This document shows positions 58,302 to 64,000 of a stretch of 64,000 bases of DNA, in pieces. Origin of the DNA: Puniceicoccales bacterium (GTDB taxonomy: Bacteria > Verrucomicrobiota > Verrucomicrobiia > Opitutales > UBA953). Where the stretch lies: assembly GCA_031256995.1 (NCBI GenBank), contig JAIRPL010000022.1, positions 1 to 64,000 on the forward strand, given 5' to 3'. Position numbers and translations under genes: made by a program. Below the pieces are notes generated by a model. The model did not search any database and was not told the origin of the DNA. It was given only the letters and a program-made list of their open reading frames with translations. How positions within the stretch are numbered: position 1 is the stretch's first letter; every line of letters begins with the position of its first letter.

Positions 58302-59645
58302 ATGTGCGCGGATGTGTTGGAAACCACGAGTCTTGCCGCGCGGCATCCCTTGGAATTCACGATCCAATACCCGCCGCGTCGCGAGTATTTTCAAAACGCG
58401 TTCCGGGGAGAACTTGACATCGAATCCATTTTGAAGGCGCCGGAATTGCTGCTTTACCTGCACATCCCGTTTTGCGCGTCCAAATGCCATTATTGCAATT
58501 TCGCGGTCGATGTGCGCGCCAATGCTGAATTGCACAAAAACTATGCGCGGCTGCTGGTTGAACAAATAAAACGCCTGGACGGACTTCTCCCTGAAAACAC
58601 ACGCGTCCCCGGAATAGACATCGGCGGCGGCACTCCAACAATCCTGCAAGCCGGCCAGTTGACGGAAATTCTTCTCGCATTGAAATCATGGGGAAGGCGG
58701 GCCGGCGCGCCTCATTTTTTATCGGTGGAAACCACCCCGTCCATCGCCGCCAGCCACCCAGAGCGTCTCCAGGCGCTTGTGGAAGGCGGAGTCGAAAGAG
58801 TGTCAATGGGGGTGCAAAGCACAACCCAGGCGGTTCTCGCGGACATGAATCGAAAACAACAACTGCATACCGTGGACAAAGCCGCCGAGAACATCCGGAA
58901 GGCAGGATTTCGCCGCTTCAATGCCGATGTTATTTTTGGACTGCCACGACAGACAAAACACGACTGGGCGGAGACGGTCAGACATGTCATAAGCACGGGC
59001 GTGGACAGTGTCACAACCTATGACTGTCTCTATCGCGGCAAGGGAAGGAGGCTTTCGGAACAAACAAGCGGCACCCCGTCGCCCGACACTTACGGCGCGC
59101 TTTATGACCTCTCATACGACATGCTGACGCATGCCGGTTTTCATGCGCAATACGGTTCCGTCAACTTCTCGCGCATCGCGGGAGAGACAGGAACATCCGC
59201 CTATTTTGAGGAACGGCTTTTCAAGCACACACCTTATCTTGGTGTTGGAAATTATGCATCAAGCATGGTTGGCAACAATTGGTGGTTCGCCCCTTATGCT
59301 GTCAATTCATGGATGACGCGCATCGAGGCGGGCGAGGTTCTGCCGCTTGGGGATGTCTACACGCTTCCCGCCCTGGAATTGATGGCAAAACAAATCCTGC
59401 TTTCGCTCAACTTCGGCTCCATTGACACTGTGCGGTTTGAACGGCGGTTTGGCATCGCATTCGACGCAATATACAATGAGGCGATGATGTTTGCCGTGGG
59501 ACAAAATTGGCTGAGAAAAACACAAAACGGCTATGCGGTCGCCGATGGACATTTCAAGGATATGCACCTGATTCGTTCCCTGTTTTACACAAGACAGGCC
59601 GTTGAATGGCTCAAAAAAGTTGAACAAACACACACCCACGCATGA
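58302..59645 (+). CDS. radical SAM enzyme, HemN/HemW-like (oxygen-independent coproporphyrinogen III oxidase-like); start uncertain (58269 or 58302)
   Basis: CxxxCxxC CASKCHYC; GGGTP motif; HemN-like C-terminal domain. Confidence 0.75.
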   Translation: MCADVLETTSLAARHPLEFTIQYPPRREYFQNAFRGELDIESILKAPELLLYLHIPFCASKCHYCNFAVDVRANAELHKNYARLLVEQIKRLDGLLPENTRVPGIDIGGGTPTILQAGQLTEILLALKSWGRRAGAPHFLSVETTPSIAASHPERLQALVEGGVERVSMGVQSTTQAVLADMNRKQQLHTVDKAAENIRKAGFRRFNADVIFGLPRQTKHDWAETVRHVISTGVDSVTTYDCLYRGKGRRLSEQTSGTPSPDTYGALYDLSYDMLTHAGFHAQYGSVNFSRIAGETGTSAYFEERLFKHTPYLGVGNYASSMVGNNWWFAPYAVNSWMTRIEAGEVLPLGDVYTLPALELMAKQILLSLNFGSIDTVRFERRFGIAFDAIYNEAMMFAVGQNWLRKTQNGYAVADGHFKDMHLIRSLFYTRQAVEWLKKVEQTHTHA

Positions 59646-60793
59646 GCAAGAAATACCGATATCCCTGCACCCGCAAAGTCACCATTGACGGTTTTGCCGC
59701 TTTTTTGGAGGCGAACATCGCAACATCGCGCCAAAACATCAACGATTTCGCCAATGAATTGGGCGCGCGCTTCGGCGCCGGAAAAATGACGCTGGTCAAT
59801 TCAGGTTCGTCGGCGAATCTTGTTGCCGCCCTGACTCTTGCGGAACAATTGAAGGCGGAAGGACGCCCTCTCGCGGCATTCGCCTCCGCCTACACATTCC
59901 CCACAACGCTCTCCGCCTTGCTCATGGCCGGATTCTCCATCCGCTTGCTCGACACCGAGGCGGACGGTTTTAACCTTTGCCCACTTGCCCTCGAAAAAGC
60001 ATTTTCCCGGCACCCGGCAACGCTCGTTTGCGTGACGCATTTTTTGGGATTCCCCGCAAAGATGGCTGTGCTGGCACCCATCGCACGCAAAAACGGAGCA
60101 AAAATTCTTCAAGATGCCTGCGAGACAATGAATCTAAGGACAACCGATGGGAAACCAATGCACACATTGGGCGACATGACCACCTGGTCGTTTTACCATC
60201 CGCATCATCTTTCGAGTTATGGCGGCGGCGCGGCGATAAGCAATGAAACGGCAACCCACGAACTGGCGGATTCCATCGCGCACTGGGGGCGCGCCTGCAC
60301 CTGTCATATAAACCCATCCACATGCCGCGCCCCGGCCGGATTTTCCCACAATTTCACCTATCTGCGCCCTGGTCTCAACGTCGAAATGAGTGAATTGAAC
60401 GCTTGCTTCGGACGTTTTCAATTGCGCCAATGGGATGCCATGGAACAAGCGCGCAAAGAGCGCTACGCAACGTTATATGATGCGCTCTCCGGCCTGTCCG
60501 GAATCACTGTGTATCCGGCGGATGAAAAACAAGGCAGCCCATTTGTCTTTCCCATCACTTGCAATGGGATGGACGCGGCGAAAGCCGTGGAAAAACTGGG
60601 GACTCTCGGCATGGAATGCCGCAGTTTGATGGGCGGTGCCATGACGGAGCAACCCGCTTTCAAAGCCTTGCCAAATGACGGAAATGCAAACGCAAAAACA
60701 ATGGCGCGCGGTTCCTTCTTTGTCGGTATTCATCAAACACTGCCTCTTGACGACGTGCGTGACATGGCATCGCTATTACGTTCCATTTTTTGA
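59642..60793 (+). CDS. DegT/DnrJ/EryC1/StrS-family PLP-dependent aminotransferase
   Basis: SGSSANLVAAL; active-site Lys region YHPHHLSSYGGGAAIS; ATG overlaps the upstream stop (ATGA). Confidence 0.75.
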   Translation: MSKKYRYPCTRKVTIDGFAAFLEANIATSRQNINDFANELGARFGAGKMTLVNSGSSANLVAALTLAEQLKAEGRPLAAFASAYTFPTTLSALLMAGFSIRLLDTEADGFNLCPLALEKAFSRHPATLVCVTHFLGFPAKMAVLAPIARKNGAKILQDACETMNLRTTDGKPMHTLGDMTTWSFYHPHHLSSYGGGAAISNETATHELADSIAHWGRACTCHINPSTCRAPAGFSHNFTYLRPGLNVEMSELNACFGRFQLRQWDAMEQARKERYATLYDALSGLSGITVYPADEKQGSPFVFPITCNGMDAAKAVEKLGTLGMECRSLMGGAMTEQPAFKALPNDGNANAKTMARGSFFVGIHQTLPLDDVRDMASLLRSIF

Positions 60794-61287
60794 TGGATCC
60801 AGGCGTAAAATCAAATGCCACCAGGGACATCTTGGTTTGATTTGTCGCTGTCAAGCAGGGGGCTAGGCGACGGCAAAAGAAACCCCGTGGGATCGCTTCC
60901 CGTGCCGGTGGCTTTTGGTTCCTGTGTCGTGGTTTCATAGTTTGTCCAATAGGAAGAAACAGAGGAGCGGGATGACTCCTGTTACGATCAAGTGGGTTGG
61001 CATATGGTTAATGCATATATTACTAACCACGTTACGCGAAGTGGAAACCCGTGCACCCTTGGCACGGCACAAAGTATATTGCGGAACATGGAAATGGATA
61101 GGAAAGGATCCAGATACGCAGGGCGCCCTCGCCACGCTTCGGGCGCCCTGCCCCTCTGAGGGGCACATGGAGCAATGTGTCCGGCGCCGCAGCCCCCTCA
61201 TCTTATGCGGATGAGGAGACTGGGGCAGGACAAAGGCCCATGGGAATCCGGCGTGGTACTACTTGTCGTTGTTGATGAAGTAGATAA

Positions 61288-61414
61288 ACAACGAGACAAC
61301 GAGACAACGAGGTACACGAGAACGTAGCCGAGCGCTTTGTACTCCTGAAAGGTGGGCCATCCGGGCGCCTCGGCGACGAGGTACGTGAGAACGTGGCCGA
61401 GCGCGGTGTGGGTG
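61288..61414. repeat. tandem (CAACGAGA)x3, then a 27-bp imperfect direct repeat GAGGTACRYGAGAACGTRGCCGAGCGC at 61309-61335 and 61388-61414
   Basis: Read directly. Confidence 0.6.
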
Positions 61415-61515
61415 TCGGACGCCATTTGATGTGTGATCATGGTTGTGTTGTCCAGCTTGAACGGTTCAGGCTAAGATTTGGGTTCTGTTGTTTGGACGGA
61501 TCAGGTTTAGCGACC

Positions 61516-62334
61516 CTAGGCAGCCTCCATAAAAGGCACGCCAACAGTAACTTCCGCCGCAGGTTCAGCTTCGCTCTCGACAACTCTACTCTCCGGTTTC
61601 TCCACCCACATTCTTAGCTGATCGCCAAGCGAATTCAACTCCCTGTAATCTCCTTGGGGAGTCAAGCCTGCCTGCCTGCGTTCCGCATCATCCAACGCCT
61701 TAAGAAAACGTTCCAGCGTCTGCAACAGACAGGCTCTGAACGACGAAGGCTTTGTATCCTTGAACAATTGGGACGCTTGTTCCATCAACTCCTTGCCACG
61801 AGAAATTTGCAGGGCTGCCTCTGCTTTTGCTTCTTCGTCGATATCTCGTTGGCGGGGGGAAGTGTCGACGCGGCCTCTTTTCAAGCTTTGGAGCAGCGCA
61901 ACCTCGTATTGGAGGACCAGTTCGATCTCCTCGACTGGGACGCCCTTCTTTTGCGCCTCACAAGCCAGCCGCTCCGGATTCGCAATCAGCAATTGCCTTT
62001 CTCTAATCGGACCCGCACCACGCGTTTTCGGCTCCGTGCAAAACGGGACGTCCGGCAGGTCGACACTGTTTATGTCGAAATCCTCGATCTTTAACAGCGC
62101 CGCCGCATTTTTTGCAGAGCAAGCAGCGGCAGGATCCATCAGCCTGGCTTTTTCCAGCATGGCCTTGCGAAATGCGGGATGCCAGCGATAGACCAGATAG
62201 TAATCGCGCGCAACAGCAAAGAGAAAGTCGAGTTTCACCTTTTCAGTTAAGTGCCTGGGAAGATCGTCCAAGAAATTGGAGAGACTCAGAGTCACAGTGC
62301 GCACTTCGAGTACGGTCGTTTGTGTGTTTTCCAT
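61516..62334 (-). CDS. hypothetical protein (272 aa) in the lower-GC tail
   Basis: Longest ORF in this region with protein-like composition; no motif recognised. Confidence 0.3.
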   Translation of the reverse strand: MENTQTTVLEVRTVTLSLSNFLDDLPRHLTEKVKLDFLFAVARDYYLVYRWHPAFRKAMLEKARLMDPAAACSAKNAAALLKIEDFDINSVDLPDVPFCTEPKTRGAGPIRERQLLIANPERLACEAQKKGVPVEEIELVLQYEVALLQSLKRGRVDTSPRQRDIDEEAKAEAALQISRGKELMEQASQLFKDTKPSSFRACLLQTLERFLKALDDAERRQAGLTPQGDYRELNSLGDQLRMWVEKPESRVVESEAEPAAEVTVGVPFMEAA

Positions 62335-62434
62335 GTTTTGATCTTTCTATTTCCCGCAAACGGTGCGGGTACGACCTAAAGCCCCTCTTTCGAGGGGGAA
62401 GGATTATTCGCGGGACATAAACAAGTGTTTTGAT

Positions 62435-62540
62435 GGAGGGAGAGGGGTGGGAGGGAGCATGGGATGAAACGCATATGGGAGGGGATGCGAAAGGTTGTGA
62501 CAAAGGAGGGAGAGGGGTGGGAGGGAGCATGGGATGAAAC
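62435..62540. repeat. 36-bp exact direct repeat GGAGGGAGAGGGGTGGGAGGGAGCATGGGATGAAAC, two copies with a 34-bp spacer
   Basis: Copies at 62435-62470 and 62505-62540. Confidence 0.8.
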
Positions 62541-62650
62541 CCTGCACTTTGTATATAGGAGCGCGGGCGGGTCGCATGCGTGATACGCCCGTGGGCGCGT
62601 TTGTGCTTATATATGCCTTGGCGCAGCACATTGTACAATTCTCCACCAAG

Positions 62651-62757
62651 GTACGAGAGGCTTCGGTGCGGAAAGCAGCAGTATGCATGGGCGGGGAATC
62701 AGGCTGCCGTTGCAAACCATGTACAAGAGGCTTCGGTACGAAAGGCAGGCAGTATGC
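62651..62757. repeat. 36/37-bp imperfect direct repeat GTACRAGAGGCTTCGGTRCGRAAGGCAGCAGTATGC, two copies with a 34-bp spacer
   Basis: Copies at 62651-62686 and 62721-62757. Confidence 0.75.
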
Positions 62758-62906
62758 GGGCAGGCGTGCATGCCTTGGAGGCAGCGTGGTTTCCACCTCT
62801 ATGCCGCGCAAGCTATGGACGCCGTTTTGGCTGCGTGTGACATCATAGTACGAAGAGGAAAACTGTGGTGCGCAATCACTGTAAAATCCGGATTGAATTT
62901 ACTGTG

Positions 62907-62993
62907 TCGGTGGAGGCCGGCGGTATTACTTGCGCATATGGGGTGGGATGGGGTTTCGCCTAACAGTTAAAAGTACAAAGATAGGACGGCGGT
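62907..62993. repeat. 17-bp direct repeat GGCGGTATTACTTGCGC, two copies ~70 bp apart
   Basis: Read directly. Confidence 0.7.
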
Positions 62994-64000
62994 ATTACTT
63001 GCGCGGCATGTGAAGCTCAAAGACCACAGCAAGGGGACGACGCAGTCTGGGGCGGGCCAGATCTTTACGTAGTGATGGTGTCACGCCGCCCTCAGGGGAC
63101 TACCCGTCTCTGTAGAATGTATAAGTTTTTAAGAGGAAAGGTCTCCCTCTTCGCCACTAGGCGTCGTTTTGGCGTGCTTCTCGGATTTTTGTTACCCTCG
63201 CAGTTCATCGATAGGCGCACAAGTAGGTGGAAGCCATGTATAGGAGAGGGGAATGCGCCGGCCGTACGCGCGAAAAGTTAAGAGATAATTTGCAAGATTG
63301 TTCCGGCACGATTGGGCGCGGTTTGGGCGCGACGCGGCTGGATCCGACGCCGGAAATGGAGACTTGTACATGGTAAAGCGCGGGGGGGGCGGTAGACACG
63401 ATACGTGGCGTGCGGCCTGAAACGCCGTCTGCATCTGCGCCCGCCTGGCGCCATGAGGACGGTTTGAAACCTTTATGGGATGCCGTTGCGCGGAAATGCC
63501 GCCGTGCAACGCGTCTATGCCGCTGCAACACGGAACCATGATGAACAACGTTCGTTGGATGGCAATTTAGACGTTGGTGATGAAATTTTTTTACGTTTTT
63601 GCTTGCAGAAAGCGCAAACCAGGGTTCTGTGGCGGCCGTAAAGAATGAGGCCTTCCACCGACAATCTGCGTCCGTTGCGTTGCCTTGCCCAGTGGCTGGG
63701 CAGTTTCGCGGAGCTTTGCGTTGGTCCCAATGGTGGCCTGGCAATTCGTGTTGCGGGCAGGTATGTTTTTCGTGCTGCAGCCGGGAATGGATTTGAACAT
63801 GGCGCGGAGCAAGGAGTTATCCCCCCCTACACACACTCTCTCTCCAAGGATTCATTCTTTTCTAAGATCTGGCCTGCATTGACGCCGGAACATTCAAAAG
63901 GCCGCGTCCTGTGGCGCCTTCACCCTCGCAAGTCTTCCGCCCCCGCCGTCGGACTCCAGATTCCCCGCCTGATTGGGCATTTGGAAGCAGATGCAGGCGC

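Noticed and set aside
62435-62757. Possible CRISPR array (36-bp repeats with 34-bp spacers)
   Set aside because: Only two copies of each repeat, two unrelated repeat families, no cas genes in the window, and the repeats are G-rich rather than a typical CRISPR palindrome. Retained only as an unexplained repeat finding.

Overview
High-GC (~63-68%) bacterial chromosomal segment. Gene content loosely suggests a Gram-negative of the Verrucomicrobia/Opitutae type, but that is inference only. All calls below are by-eye motif and architecture reads of the supplied six-frame ORFs; no searches were run.

0-28.3 kb, ordinary core genes: two tandem secreted hypotheticals, an orphan NuoG-like Fe-S protein, an NfeD/YqiJ-flotillin pair, recA, a DUF481-like OMP, an orphan HlyD-type adaptor, kdsD/kpsF, a stand-alone 5'-3' exonuclease, nrdD, an OMF lipoprotein followed by a 1649-aa adaptor protein with a long low-complexity N-terminus, tRNA-Cys(GCA), gtrA, lpxD.

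28.3-52.7 kb, a ~24 kb mosaic defence island. It begins flush against the lpxD stop codon and sits on a decayed type I R-M locus (hsdM 5'-truncated, hsdS intact, hsdR N-terminal fragment with frameshifts). It carries several candidate anti-phage modules:
(i) a NERD/SF1-helicase-like ATPase plus a coupled 221-aa partner;
(ii) an EVE/PUA-like ORF, a RecQ helicase fused to a ComFC-like PRTase domain, and a DprA/Smf-like gene, all overlapping;
(iii) a 1129-aa PLD::SNF2 fusion;
(iv) an AAA+ ATPase with a DUF234-like C-terminus;
(v) a DUF4062/AlbA_2/HATPase_c_4 Schlafen-like protein;
(vi) a 1553-aa gamma-class N6-adenine MTase with a DUF3800-like C-terminus, coupled to a small ORF;
(vii) an ASCH protein.
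Two nested near-identical direct-repeat families (D ~370 bp, R ~215 bp) bracket the cargo genes between the SNF2 and MTase genes and create a chimeric 195-aa ORF. The island ends beside a tRNA-Ser-like 3' fragment.

52.8-60.8 kb, core again: prmB, a GT-like gene, tRNA-Ser(CGA), nth, ispG, and a radical-SAM HemN-like gene coupled to a DegT aminotransferase.

60.8-64 kb: a lower-GC, repeat-laden, poorly coding tail.
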